Origin: Myxococcota bacterium
GTDB lineage: Bacteria; Myxococcota_A; UBA9160; UBA6930
Direction of reading: 5' to 3'
Assembly: GCA_965223415.1 (NCBI GenBank)
Contig: OZ245002.1
Coordinates: 800,001 to 864,000, forward strand
Length of the DNA: 64,000 bases
The position numbers and the translations under genes were made by a program. This document shows, piece after piece, positions 28,851 to 39,241 of the stretch. The notes beneath the pieces were generated by a model. That model made no database searches and was not told the origin of the DNA. It saw nothing but the letters and a program-made list of their open reading frames with translations. How positions within the stretch are numbered: position 1 is the stretch's first letter; each line of letters starts with the position of its first letter.

Positions 28851-30574
28851 CAGTACTTCCGCTCCTCCGGCTCCCAGACCCCGAGCGTCACGTCCTTCTT
28901 GTCGAAGCGGGGCCCCTCGGGCGTGTAGTAGACGAGGGAGTGATGCAGGTACTCGGTGTCGTTGCGTGTCGGGTAGTCGCTGCAGGCGTGAGCGCCGCGC
29001 GATTCCTTCCTCTCTACCGCCGCGCAGGTCACGGCCTCCGCCACGTCGACCATGCTGCCGAGCTCCAGCGCGGCGATGAGCTCGGTGTTGAACACCTTGC
29101 TCGTGTCGTCCAGGCTGATCTGCTCGTAGCGCCGCTTGATCTCGGCGATGTCCGTGACCGCCTTGGCCATGGAAGCCTGCTCGCGGTAGACACCGGTGCC
29201 CTCTTCCATCGCCACGTTCATGTCCTGGCGGACCTTGGCGATCTTCTCGCCGCCGCGCTGGCGGCCGCGCATCTCCTCGACGCGGCCGGCCTCGGCCTCC
29301 GCCTGCTGCACCAGCGCCGCCTCGTTGCCGCCGCCCCCGCCCTTGATGTACTCGACCGCGTGCTCGCCGGCGCGGGCGCCGAACACGAGGCACTCGGTCA
29401 GCGAGTTCGAGCCAAGGCGGTTCGCGCCGTTCAGGGAAACGCAGGCGGTCTCGCCGGCGGCGTAGAGCCCGTCGATGCTGGTCGCGCCGTCGATGTCCGT
29501 ATCGACGCCGCCCATCATGTAGTGCAGCACCGGGCGGATCGGGATCGGCTCGCTCACTGGGTCGACGTTCGCGTAGGTCCGCGAGAGCTCCCGCACGAAG
29601 GGGAGCCGGGCCATGATCTTCTCTTCGCCGAGGTGGCGAAGGTCGAGGTGGGCATACTGCCCGATCTTGCCGGGCACCTCGATGCCGCGCCCGTCCCTGA
29701 CCTCCAGGGTGATGGCCCGGGAGATCATGTCCCGCGGTCCCAGCTCGGCCTTGGTGCCGACGCCGTAGTCGCGGGTGATGAGGAAGCGCTCGCCGTCCTT
29801 GTTGATCAGGTAGCCGCCCTCGCCCCGGGCGGCCTCGGTGATGAGGATGCCGGTGCCGGGCAGGCCGGTCGGGTGGTACTGGACGAACTCCATATCCTTG
29901 AGCGGCACGCCCTCGCGGTAGGCGAGGGACATGCCGTCGCCGGTCTTGATGTTGCCGTTCGTCGTGAAGGGCCACACCTTGCCGCCGCCGCCGGTGGAGA
30001 GGATCACGGCCTTTCCGAGGATGGCCTTCACCTCGCCGGTGCGGATGTCGAGGGCGGAGACGCCGCGGCAGGCGCCGCCGTCCACCAGGAGCTTGGTGAC
30101 GTAGTGCTCGTCGTAGCGCTCGACCTGCCCGTACTTCATCGAGGTCTGGAAGAGCGTGTGCAGCATGTGGAAGCCCACCTTGTCCGTGGCGAACCAGGTG
30201 CGCTTGGTGGTCATGCCGCCGAAGGCGCGGGTCGAGACGCTGCCGTCGTCGTTGCGGCTCCAGGGGCAGCCCCAGTGCTCGAGGAGGGTGAGCTCCTTCG
30301 GGGCCTGCTCGACGAAGTACTGGATCACGTCCTGGTCGCCCAGGAAGTCCGAGCCCTTGACGGTGTCGTAGCCGTGCATCTCGAGGCTGTCGTCTTCCCG
30401 GGCCACGGCGGCGGCGCCGCCCTCGGCGGAAACCGTGTGGCTCCGCATCGGGTAGACCTTCGAGACGAGGGCGATCGAGAGATCGGGATTTGCCTCGGTG
30501 GCGGCGATGGCGGCGCGCAGCCCGGCGGCGCCGCCGCCCACGATCACGACATCGTGTCGCGACACGTCGACCAT
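28850..30574 (-). CDS. frdA: fumarate reductase flavoprotein subunit
   Basis: GGGAAG, MRSHTVSAEGG (covalent FAD His), QYHPTG, HYMMGG, GANRLGSNSL. Confidence 0.92.
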   Translation of the reverse strand: MVDVSRHDVVIVGGGAAGLRAAIAATEANPDLSIALVSKVYPMRSHTVSAEGGAAAVAREDDSLEMHGYDTVKGSDFLGDQDVIQYFVEQAPKELTLLEHWGCPWSRNDDGSVSTRAFGGMTTKRTWFATDKVGFHMLHTLFQTSMKYGQVERYDEHYVTKLLVDGGACRGVSALDIRTGEVKAILGKAVILSTGGGGKVWPFTTNGNIKTGDGMSLAYREGVPLKDMEFVQYHPTGLPGTGILITEAARGEGGYLINKDGERFLITRDYGVGTKAELGPRDMISRAITLEVRDGRGIEVPGKIGQYAHLDLRHLGEEKIMARLPFVRELSRTYANVDPVSEPIPIRPVLHYMMGGVDTDIDGATSIDGLYAAGETACVSLNGANRLGSNSLTECLVFGARAGEHAVEYIKGGGGGNEAALVQQAEAEAGRVEEMRGRQRGGEKIAKVRQDMNVAMEEGTGVYREQASMAKAVTDIAEIKRRYEQISLDDTSKVFNTELIAALELGSMVDVAEAVTCAAVERKESRGAHACSDYPTRNDTEYLHHSLVYYTPEGPRFDKKDVTLGVWEPEERKY

Positions 30575-30670
30575 GGATTCCCCCTGCATTCACTGGGACT
30601 TGCGGGACGCGCAGTGGATAGCCGATCGATCCCGATCGCGAAACCGAGAGAACCCCTCGTCCCCGCAGGG

Positions 30671-30765
30671 GTGAGACAAGGGGACGTTCCTGACTGTCTC
30701 ACCCCGCGCTGTGCGCCGGGGCGGACGACAGGGGTGAGACAGTCAGGAACGTCCCCTTGTCTCAC
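30671..30765. repeat. REP doublet, family 2 (35-bp perfect inverted repeat, 25-bp spacer)
   Basis: GTGAGACAAGGGGACGTTCCTGACTGTCTCACCCC at 30671-30705, reverse complement at 30731-30765. Confidence 0.95.
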
Positions 30766-33159
30766 TCAGCTCAGCGGATCGCAGGGCACTGCGACGCCGC
30801 CCGGGAACTCGTTCGGGGCGGAGGCGTTGCAGACGCCGTCGTCGGTGCAGAAGTGGTCGATCAGGCCCGTGGGCTGGAAGAACGTGGCGATCTGGTCGAG
30901 GGCGGCGGGAATCGCGCGCAGGCGGTTGTGCGGGTCGCACTTGCCCGTGCCCATCCCGTTGATCTGGTCCGGCACCTGGTCGTTGCCGAGGGGCGGCACG
31001 TAGGGAAGGTGGGCGGGGTTCGAGAGGTCGAAGGCCGCGGTGTCGTAGACCATGTAGGCCGAGGCCTGGGGCCCGCTGGATCCCTGCATGCCCGCCAGGT
31101 TCTGCATGAACGAGGCCTCGTGCACGGGCAGGCGCATCGTCGCACCGGCCAGCTGGGAGCCCAGGTTCGAGACCTGATGGTCGTGGAGCGCCACGTGCAT
31201 GAGGATGCGCTTGGCGAAGGGCACGCCGGGCAGCGGGTCGTCGGTGATGTGGGTCGCGTAGCCGGCGGACTCGCCGCGCACCCAGGTCTCGTGGGCGATC
31301 CCGAGCCCCACCGAGAACGTCATGCGATCGGCGGAGACCACCTGGGAGATCAGCTCGAAGGGACGGAAGGGAGCCGCCCGGTCGAGCAGCAGGGAGAAGT
31401 TGATCGCCGGCACGTCCACGACGAGGCGCTCCACGTCCGGCGTGAGGGCCGCGAACATGTTGCCCATGATGCCGCCGAGGCTGGCGCCCCAGTAGTAGAT
31501 CTCGCCGTCGGGCAGGATCGCGCCGTGCCCGGCCGGCGTCTGGAAGGCGGGATCGGCGTTGAAGTCGCCGCGCAGCAGCATGCGCCCGAGGAGGAGCGCG
31601 TGCATCTGGCCCTGGCGCAGCCGGTCCGCCAGCGCCGGCGTCTCGTCCGGGTTCGTCGTCACCTTGTAGATGAAGCTCGAGAACAGGTCCGGCGAGATGT
31701 CCGGCGAAGAGAGGCCCGACCAGTTGGTGCCGCCGGCGACGAAGGGCGGGATGATGCTGGCCCCCGCGACGCCGCCGACGGTCCCCGGGCCGTTGCCGAA
31801 GAGCCCGTGGCCCACCACCAGCGGCGGCAGCGGCCCGGCCAGGGCCTCACAGGGAACGGCGATGCCGTAGGGCGCGTCCGTGAGCGTGCTCCAGGTGGGC
31901 AGCCCCGCAGCGTCGTGCACCAGGTTCGAGAGCTCGGTGTTCTGGGTGAAGGGGTCCTTGTCGAGGAAGAGCGGCGCCTGGAAGGTGCCCTTCACGACGC
32001 GCCACACGGCCACGGTTGGGTCGCTGCAGTCGTTCTCGTCGACGCTGTCGACAGTGAAGGTCTGCGCCCCGGCTGCTGCCTGGCTGTCCCGCCAGGCGAG
32101 GGCCTGGTCGCGCATCGAGAGCATCTCGAAGGTGAGAGAGTGGTCGCTCATCACCTGGAAATCGAAGGCCAGGATCAGGCTCTGGCGATGGACGCCAACC
32201 TGGGAGAGGCGCTGCAGAACCGGCTCCAGCTGGTCGCGGCGGGCCTCGACGGCGGGCAGGTCGGAAGGCGTGCCGTCGCGGATGGCCTCGAACACCGGCT
32301 CCGGCGGCACGGGGACGCCCTGGCCGTCCACCAGGCCGCGAACGGCCACGATGTAGCGATGGCCGGGTTCCAGGCTGCGGCCCGGGCGCAGGAACGTGAC
32401 GGTCCGCTCGGGATCCGTCGCGTTGACGTCGTTCTCGATCCAGTGGATGACCCGCTCGCCCGTGTTCCAGTCGATCAGCACGGTCGGACTGGTCGACGCG
32501 GTGCCGCTCTCGTCGTAGGTACGGGTGGCGGGGAGGATGCGCGGCGCGCCGGAGAGCGCGGGATCCGGGATCGCCTCGAAGTGCATGACCACCTGGGCCG
32601 TCGGGCTGAAGCCGTCGTTCTGGAGGAAGGGCGCTGGCGAGATCGGTCCGGAGACGATCCCCACGCCGGGCACGATGCGATCGGCATTCGGTAGGGTGTT
32701 CGGCCCGTAGGCGATGCGCACGCCGGTGGGCGTCGGCGCTGGCTCCTCGAAGCGCGAGGAGGGGAAGGGCAGCACGCACTCGGCCTGGTTCAGGATGTCG
32801 CACTCGTCCGGGTTGGCGAGCGCGACCAGGGTGAAGTCGGTCTGGACCGTGCGCAGGTCGCCGGCCTGCACCTCGGCCTCCAGCACGTGTTCGCCTTCCG
32901 GCACCGCGGGCAGCGTCCCCACCACCAGGCCACCGAGAACCGAGTACGCCGCCGGCGCCACCACCTGACCATCGAGACGGATCACCACCGTCGTGGTGTT
33001 CGCGCTGATCGGCAGCTGCAGCTCGAAGTCCACGTCTCCGGGCGCCGAGAGGAAGCCGGCCACCGGGCTCGTGAAGCGGAGCTGCTGGGGCAGGCAGCCC
33101 GCCAGGAGCATGCACAGTCCGAGGAGGAGGGCGAAGAGCAGGGGGCCGGCGCGGGTCAT
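30766..33159 (-). CDS. large lipoprotein with alpha/beta-hydrolase (lipase-like) domain
   Basis: ATG at 33159, lipobox LAGC, LPFPS, DGFSP, GHGLFG, WGASLGG nucleophile elbow. Confidence 0.75.
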   Translation of the reverse strand: MTRAGPLLFALLLGLCMLLAGCLPQQLRFTSPVAGFLSAPGDVDFELQLPISANTTTVVIRLDGQVVAPAAYSVLGGLVVGTLPAVPEGEHVLEAEVQAGDLRTVQTDFTLVALANPDECDILNQAECVLPFPSSRFEEPAPTPTGVRIAYGPNTLPNADRIVPGVGIVSGPISPAPFLQNDGFSPTAQVVMHFEAIPDPALSGAPRILPATRTYDESGTASTSPTVLIDWNTGERVIHWIENDVNATDPERTVTFLRPGRSLEPGHRYIVAVRGLVDGQGVPVPPEPVFEAIRDGTPSDLPAVEARRDQLEPVLQRLSQVGVHRQSLILAFDFQVMSDHSLTFEMLSMRDQALAWRDSQAAAGAQTFTVDSVDENDCSDPTVAVWRVVKGTFQAPLFLDKDPFTQNTELSNLVHDAAGLPTWSTLTDAPYGIAVPCEALAGPLPPLVVGHGLFGNGPGTVGGVAGASIIPPFVAGGTNWSGLSSPDISPDLFSSFIYKVTTNPDETPALADRLRQGQMHALLLGRMLLRGDFNADPAFQTPAGHGAILPDGEIYYWGASLGGIMGNMFAALTPDVERLVVDVPAINFSLLLDRAAPFRPFELISQVVSADRMTFSVGLGIAHETWVRGESAGYATHITDDPLPGVPFAKRILMHVALHDHQVSNLGSQLAGATMRLPVHEASFMQNLAGMQGSSGPQASAYMVYDTAAFDLSNPAHLPYVPPLGNDQVPDQINGMGTGKCDPHNRLRAIPAALDQIATFFQPTGLIDHFCTDDGVCNASAPNEFPGGVAVPCDPLS

Positions 33160-33287
33160 CGACTGTCCTCGATCAGGTGGACCGGCCATCCTACCACTCT
33201 TCCCGACCGAGCGGTCAGCGCATCGTGGGCGGATCCCCACCCCGATGCCCCGTGAGCCTTCGGCTCGGGAGCCGGGCGAAGAATCGA

Positions 33288-34346
33288 TCAGGCAGGAGCT
33301 GGCTCCTGCTGGGTCAGGCAGTGGCAGGCGCCCAGCCCGAGGACGAGCTCCCGGGCGGGGATCGGCGCTAGTCGGCGGTCGGGCAGCACCTCCCGGAGCA
33401 CCGCCAGGGCCCGCTCGTCGCTCGGGACCCCGAAGACCGGCACCAGCGCCACCCCGTTCGCCAGGTAGAAATTGGCGTAGCTGGCCGGGCAGCGGAGTCC
33501 GTCCACGTACACCGGCGGCGGCATGGGCAGCGGCACGACGTCGAGGGGCCGCCCCCGGGCGTCGCGCATCTGCTGGAGGCGCTCGAGGTTCGCCGCCAAG
33601 GGGGCGTGGTTGGCGTCGTGGGGATCCGGCTCCACGGCGGCCACCACGACCAGCTCCGACACGAAGCGGGCGATGTCGTCCACGTGACCGTCGGTGTCGT
33701 CGCCGACGATCCCGTCGCCGAGCCACAGCACCTGCTCCGCACCGAGCCAATCGCGGAGCCGCCGCTCCATGCCTTTGCGGGTGCGCGGCGGCTCCCCCTC
33801 TCTCCGGCGGTTGTCGTTCAGCAAGCAGGAGGCGGTGGTGAGGATCGTGCCAGCGCCGTTGCCGTCGACGGAGCCCGCCTCGAGCACGAAGCCGGCCTCC
33901 AGGCGCGGCACCCGACGCAGCTCCGCGATGTGCGCCGCCACGGCGTCGTCCCGGTCCCACGGCGGGTACTTCCGCCCCCAGGCGTCGAAGCCGAAGTCCA
34001 CCGCCTGGAGACCGCCTCGCCCGTCCTGGAGGAAGACCGGGCCGTGGTCCCGCACCCAGGCGTCGTCGGTGGGCAGGGAGTGGAAGGACACGCCGGCTTC
34101 CGGTCCCAGGGGCTCCAGCAGGCGGGCGACGTGCTCGCGGTGGGGCTCGTCGCGCACGGCGATGCAGACCTCCTCCCGGCCGACCAACGCGCGCACCATC
34201 TCGACGAAGGCCGCTTCCGCCTCGGCCAGGCGGCCGGGCCACGTCTCCCGGTTGTGGGGCCAGGCGAGCCAGGTGGCCCGGTGGGGCTCCCACTCCGCGG
34301 GCCAGCGCAGGCCCTGCTCTCGGGGTGTCGTCGGAGTCTCGGTCAA
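33288..34346 (-). CDS. aguA: agmatine deiminase (start uncertain)
   Basis: PAEWEPH, WVRDHGP, DTDGHVDD, SYANFY, GACHCLTQQEP. Confidence 0.9.
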   Translation of the reverse strand: MTETPTTPREQGLRWPAEWEPHRATWLAWPHNRETWPGRLAEAEAAFVEMVRALVGREEVCIAVRDEPHREHVARLLEPLGPEAGVSFHSLPTDDAWVRDHGPVFLQDGRGGLQAVDFGFDAWGRKYPPWDRDDAVAAHIAELRRVPRLEAGFVLEAGSVDGNGAGTILTTASCLLNDNRRREGEPPRTRKGMERRLRDWLGAEQVLWLGDGIVGDDTDGHVDDIARFVSELVVVAAVEPDPHDANHAPLAANLERLQQMRDARGRPLDVVPLPMPPPVYVDGLRCPASYANFYLANGVALVPVFGVPSDERALAVLREVLPDRRLAPIPARELVLGLGACHCLTQQEPAPA

Positions 34347-34377
34347 TCGCCGGATTACCGTGTCGGGGGAGTGCCGC

Positions 34378-35241
34378 TCAATCCCGGAAGCGGCGGCCGA
34401 GATCGCCGTAGGCATCGACCCGGCGGTCCCGCAGGAAGGGCCACTGGCGACGGGTCTCCTCGACCGCGGCGAGGTCGCAGTCGACGACGAGCAGCTCCGG
34501 TCGGTCGGCGGACGCCCGCGCCAGCACCCGCCCGAAGGGATCGGCGACGAAGGAGTGGCCCCAGAAGCGGATGCCGCCCTCCGGGCCGACCCGGTTCACC
34601 GCCGCCACGAAGACGCCGTTGGCGATGGCGTGGCCCCGCTGCACCGTCTCCCAGGCGTCGTGCTGGGCCCGATCCTCCTCCTCGCTCTCGCCCTTCTGCC
34701 AGCCGATCGCAGTGGGATAGAGGAGCAGCTCGGCACCAGCAGTGGCCGTCAGACGGGCCGCCTCCGGAAACCACTGGTCCCAGCACACCAGGGTGCCGAG
34801 GCGGGCCCGCCGGGTGGAGGCCGCCCGGAACCCCAGGTCCCCGGGCGTGAAGTAGAACTTCTCGTAGTAGAGGGGATCGTCGGGGATGTGCATCTTGCGA
34901 TAGGTCCCCACCTGCCGGCCGGCCTCGTCGAAGGTGACCGCGGTGTTGTGGTAGACCCCCGCTGCCCGGCGCTCGAAGAGTGAGGCGACCAGGGCCACTT
35001 CGTGCCGGGCCGCGGCCTTGGCGAGGGCCTCGCTGCTCGGGCCCGGGATCGGCTCGGCCAGGTCGAAGCGGGCCGGATCCTCGTCCTGGCACGGGTAGGG
35101 GGCCAGAAAGAGCTCCGGGAGGCAGACCACGTGGGCCCCGCCTTCCGCCGCCTCCTCGATGCGGGCCAGGGCCTCCTCGAGGTTTGCCTGCGGCGCTTCG
35201 CCGGGCTGCATCTGCACGAGGGCCAGTCGCAGCGCGTCCAT
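34378..35241 (-). CDS. aguB: N-carbamoylputrescine amidase (carbon-nitrogen hydrolase)
   Basis: LPELF, YRKMHIPDDP, YEKFYFTPGD, VCWDQWFPE; adjacent to aguA. Confidence 0.85.
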   Translation of the reverse strand: MDALRLALVQMQPGEAPQANLEEALARIEEAAEGGAHVVCLPELFLAPYPCQDEDPARFDLAEPIPGPSSEALAKAAARHEVALVASLFERRAAGVYHNTAVTFDEAGRQVGTYRKMHIPDDPLYYEKFYFTPGDLGFRAASTRRARLGTLVCWDQWFPEAARLTATAGAELLLYPTAIGWQKGESEEEDRAQHDAWETVQRGHAIANGVFVAAVNRVGPEGGIRFWGHSFVADPFGRVLARASADRPELLVVDCDLAAVEETRRQWPFLRDRRVDAYGDLGRRFRD

Positions 35242-35416
35242 GCGGGCAAGATCGCAGACCGGCTGTGACCGCGCCTGTCATGGTGCGGGAGCAGGCTGGG
35301 GCCATGCAGCGGATCCCCTCCTGGCTCCTCGGCATCCTCCAGACGGGCGCCGTCATGGCGGGAGTCCTCGCCGTCGGCCTCGGCGCGGCGGCCGTGGGCA
35401 GTACACTCGGGCCCCC

Positions 35417-35818
35417 ATGGAAGAGCCCGAGCGCTGGCTCGTCGATGGCTTCAACGTCCTGCACGCGGGGCTCCTCCGCGGCCGCGATCGGGGCCAATGG
35501 TGGGCTGCCAAGGCGCGGGAGCAGCTGCTCAACCGGGTGCGGGGCTTCGACGGCTCCGGCGAGGTCTGGGTGGTGTTCGATGGGCCGGATCCGGCCCAGG
35601 CCGGCGCCGAGCCCGCAGGCGGCCTCGGACCGGCGGTGGTCTTCGCGCCCTCGGCCGACGCCTGGCTCCTGGCGGAGCTCCGCAGGCACCCGGCACCCGG
35701 CCGCCTGGCCGTCGTCACCGCCGACCGCCACCTGGCGGATCGGGCCCGACATCGCGGCGCCCAGGTGAGATCGCCCCGGGAGTTCCTCGCCCGCTGCAGA
35801 GTCCCGGCCACCGACTGA
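35417..35818 (+). CDS. NYN/PIN (YacP-like) domain protein
   Basis: LVDGFNV, VVFDG, SADAW, VVTADR. Confidence 0.8.
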   Translation: MEEPERWLVDGFNVLHAGLLRGRDRGQWWAAKAREQLLNRVRGFDGSGEVWVVFDGPDPAQAGAEPAGGLGPAVVFAPSADAWLLAELRRHPAPGRLAVVTADRHLADRARHRGAQVRSPREFLARCRVPATD

Positions 35819-36058
35819 ATCGAGGGCACCCGCCCGGGTGTCACCCCGGGGACGAGCCGCGCGCAGATGCCCCCGGAACCCCGCGGAATTTGGCATTCGC
35901 GAGCGGTTCGCGGTAGAACAGTGTGCTCCCGGGACAGGCTCGGGCTCCGGACGAAATCCGGTGGTGTCGGTGTCATGTCCGCGGACGGTCTCACGGGGGG
36001 ATGAGACCTGGCCCGCGGCGCGACGGCGCGCCCCCCCACCTACTGGACGAGGACCGAG

Positions 36059-39000
36059 ATGGCCGAGGCCCAAGAGCCGTCGCAAGGACGTGAATCGGGA
36101 ACCCTGCGCTTCGCGAAGATGATCGTGAAGCACCGCGCGATCGTGGCGTTCCTGCTCATCGCGTCCACGAGCTTCTTCGCGTACCCGATCCTGAACACGG
36201 TGTTGACCGCGCTCGGCTCGCCGCTTCCGGGCCCCACCGTGCGCATCGACACCAATGCCCGGGACCAGTGGCCGGACCATCCCTTCATCCACGCCCAGGA
36301 CAAGTTCGCGGCCAAGTTCGGCTCGGCCACGGCGGTGGCGATCGGCCTGGTGGTCGAAGAAGGCACGATCTTCACCCCGGAGACACTCCAGAAGATCGAC
36401 CGCATCACGAAGAGCCTCGACGGCGTCGAGGCCAGCGAGGAGCTCCTGGCCTTCGACAGCCAGACCGACGCCCGGGACGAGTTGCGCGAGGCGTGGGAGG
36501 AGGAAGCCGGCGACGAGGAGGTCTCGGCCTTCCAGATGATCCGGCGCCTCGACCGGCAATTCCCTCCCTACCCGGTCAACCACGACCAGGTGCGCTCGGT
36601 CAGCCACCGCTCGACCCGGGTGTTCGAGATCCAGCCCGACGGCGCGATCGAGAACCGGCTGCTCATGCCGAAGATCCCGGAGACCCAGGAGCAGGCGGAC
36701 AAGATCCGCGAGCTGGTCCGCCAGAACCCGCCGGTGATCTTCGGCCGCTACGTCTCCTACGACGAGAAGGCCGCGCTGATCACGGCCAACTTCGTCACGG
36801 ATCGGCTCTCGGGCAGCGAGGTGTACCGGGCCGTCTTCGACCACGTCCAGCGCATCAAGGACGTGGAGGAGGACGCGAACCACAAGATCTACATCTCCGG
36901 TGCCCCGGTGTTGGTCGGCTGGATCCTGAAGCACGCCTTCCAGATCGGGCTCTACGTGCTGCTCACGATCGCGATGATCTTCCTGCTGCTGTGGGCCTAC
37001 TTCCGGCGCTGGCACGGCGTCTTCATCCCCTTCATCGCGGCCGTCGCCACGGTGATCTGGGGTCTCGGCTACACCGGCTGGCGGGGCATCACCTTCGACC
37101 CGCTCATCCTCGTGATCCCGATGATCATCACCGCCCGCGCCGTTTCCCACACGGTGCAGATGGCGGAGCGCTTCTTCGAGGACTACGAGATCATGCTCCC
37201 GCGCTACGGCGACCCGGACGAGGCCAAGCGCGAGGTGGCCACGATCGCCATGGGCGAGCTGATCGTGCCCGGCACTCTCGGCATCATCACCGACGTCGCC
37301 GGCCTGCTGGCGATCATGGTGACGACGATCCCACAGATGCGGGACCTGGGTGAGTTCGGCGCCTTCTGGGTGGTCTCGATCATCGTCACGGTGGAGATCC
37401 TCCATCCGATCCTGATCTGCTACATGCCGGCGCCCACCGAGCACGAGCACTTCCTGCCCGAGTTCATGATCCGGTTCACTCGCTTCATCGGGAACACGGC
37501 GACCCACCCGACCTACAAGTACGTGATCGCTGGCGTGACGATCGCGCTCTTCATCTCCTCCACCTGGGTCACCCTCTTCTACTCGAAGATCGGCGAGGCG
37601 AGCCCGGGAACGCCGCTCCTGTGGCCGGACCACCCGTGGAACCAGGCCACGGCGGTGATCGCGAAGAAGTTCGGCGGCGTGGACACCTTCGTGGTCTACG
37701 CCGACGGCGACAAGGAGAACGCCAGCGGCGACGCGCAGCCGATCCAGCGCATGGAGGAGCTCGAGCGCTGGATGTCGGCCAACACCGACCTCGGTGCCAC
37801 GGTCTCGGTGGTGCCCTTCATGAAGGCCTACTGGGGCCAGAACCACTTCGGCGACCCGAAGTGGTCCTACATCCCCGCGGATTCGGGCAGCGTACGCGCC
37901 GCCCTCTTCCAGCTGCGCCAGAGCGGCGCCCCAGGCTTCCTCCGCCCCTTCATGACCGACGACGGGCGCTACGCGAACCTCGCGCTGATCTATCGGGACC
38001 ACAAGGGCGACACGCTGATCAACGTGACCAAGGCGGCGGACGCCTACATCAAGGACAACCCGATCGGCGAGGTCATCGTCCGGCTCGACAAGAACCACGC
38101 CGAGAAGGGCGCCGGCTTCTTCACCAAGGAGAAGATCCTCGACAATTTCTACTACATGCTCGGGCCGCTGCTCCCGGAGCGCAGCCACACGCTGAAGGTC
38201 AAGATCCGCCAGGAGGACGGGCGCTACGAGGACATCGCCGTCAACGAGACGAACGGCGAAGGCAGCATCCCGGACTGGTTCCAGGACTTCCGCGGCGACG
38301 CCATCACCGACTACGAGGACGCCTTCGACGACATCGAGGAGGGCGACGTCTTCACCTGGCCGGAGAGCCTGGCCGAGTGGGACCAGGACGATGTCCAGTG
38401 GTGGTGGGAGAGCGAGGAGTACGGCATCCGCGCCGTGGGTGTGAATACCCGCGACCTGATCGTCCATGACACGAAGGCGGTCGATTCGGTCCCGCGCTAC
38501 CAGCCCACCAACTCCTGGACGCGCGGCATGCAGTTCGTGCTGGCCGGCGGCATCATGGGCATCCTCGCGGCGACGAACGACGAGGTGGAGCGCAGCCACG
38601 TGGCGAACATCGCGCTCATCTTCCTCATCATCTTCGTGCTGCACTCGATCACCTACCAGTCGGTGCCGAGCGGGTTCATCATCCTGCTGCAGATCGCCAC
38701 AGCCACGATGCTCTCGCTCGCCTACATGGCCATCCGGGGGCTGGGGCTGAACATCAACACCCTCCCCGTCCAGTCCGTGGGCGTGGGCATCGGGGTCGAC
38801 TACGCGATCTACATCGTCGACCGCATCCGCCAGGAGGTGGCGGACACCGCCGACATCGACGAGGCGGTGCGGCGAGCGGTGCGGACGACCGGCATGGCGG
38901 TGAGCTTCACCGCCACGACCATCGTGGGCGGCATCGCCATGTGGGCGCTTCCGCGGCCCCTGGGCCCGGACCTGCGTTTCCAGGGCGAGATGGCCCAGCT

Positions 39001-39169
39001 CCTCGTCATCCTGATGGTCATCAACATGCTCGGCGCGATCACGGTCGTGCCCGCCTTCTACTCGATCTTCCGCCCGAAGGTGGCCACCGCGCTGCTGACG
39101 GAGGAGCAGATGGAGGCCCTGCGCATCCAGAAGGAGGCGGAGGTCCGCAAGGGCCTGCGCGACGAGTAG
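36059..39169 (+). CDS. MMPL/RND family transporter, paralog 1
   Basis: Two membrane repeats with periplasmic domains; ARAVSHTVQ, GIGVDYAIYIVDR, TTGMAVSFTA. Confidence 0.9.
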   Translation: MAEAQEPSQGRESGTLRFAKMIVKHRAIVAFLLIASTSFFAYPILNTVLTALGSPLPGPTVRIDTNARDQWPDHPFIHAQDKFAAKFGSATAVAIGLVVEEGTIFTPETLQKIDRITKSLDGVEASEELLAFDSQTDARDELREAWEEEAGDEEVSAFQMIRRLDRQFPPYPVNHDQVRSVSHRSTRVFEIQPDGAIENRLLMPKIPETQEQADKIRELVRQNPPVIFGRYVSYDEKAALITANFVTDRLSGSEVYRAVFDHVQRIKDVEEDANHKIYISGAPVLVGWILKHAFQIGLYVLLTIAMIFLLLWAYFRRWHGVFIPFIAAVATVIWGLGYTGWRGITFDPLILVIPMIITARAVSHTVQMAERFFEDYEIMLPRYGDPDEAKREVATIAMGELIVPGTLGIITDVAGLLAIMVTTIPQMRDLGEFGAFWVVSIIVTVEILHPILICYMPAPTEHEHFLPEFMIRFTRFIGNTATHPTYKYVIAGVTIALFISSTWVTLFYSKIGEASPGTPLLWPDHPWNQATAVIAKKFGGVDTFVVYADGDKENASGDAQPIQRMEELERWMSANTDLGATVSVVPFMKAYWGQNHFGDPKWSYIPADSGSVRAALFQLRQSGAPGFLRPFMTDDGRYANLALIYRDHKGDTLINVTKAADAYIKDNPIGEVIVRLDKNHAEKGAGFFTKEKILDNFYYMLGPLLPERSHTLKVKIRQEDGRYEDIAVNETNGEGSIPDWFQDFRGDAITDYEDAFDDIEEGDVFTWPESLAEWDQDDVQWWWESEEYGIRAVGVNTRDLIVHDTKAVDSVPRYQPTNSWTRGMQFVLAGGIMGILAATNDEVERSHVANIALIFLIIFVLHSITYQSVPSGFIILLQIATATMLSLAYMAIRGLGLNINTLPVQSVGVGIGVDYAIYIVDRIRQEVADTADIDEAVRRAVRTTGMAVSFTATTIVGGIAMWALPRPLGPDLRFQGEMAQLLVILMVINMLGAITVVPAFYSIFRPKVATALLTEEQMEALRIQKEAEVRKGLRDE

Positions 39170-39186
39170 GCCTTCGCCCCCACCGC

Positions 39187-39226
39187 CGAGGGCCCGGCCC
39201 GGAGACGCCTCCGGCCCGGGCCCTCG
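39187..39226 (+). terminator. GC-rich hairpin after paralog 1 (no U-tract)
   Basis: CGAGGGCCCGG-C-CCGGAG/CTCCGG-C-CCGGGCCCTCG. Confidence 0.5.
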
Positions 39227-39241
39227 TCGTCTCGTGACGGC

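Noticed and set aside
35304..35416. Hydrophobic peptide MQRIPSWLLGILQTGAVMAGVLAVGLGAAAVG with coding-like codons
   Set aside because: No stop before it runs out of frame through the NYN gene; could be a gene remnant but cannot be supported as a CDS
35417..35818. NYN/PIN protein as a toxin of a toxin-antitoxin or defence system
   Set aside because: No adjacent antitoxin or defence genes; stand-alone YacP-like proteins are common
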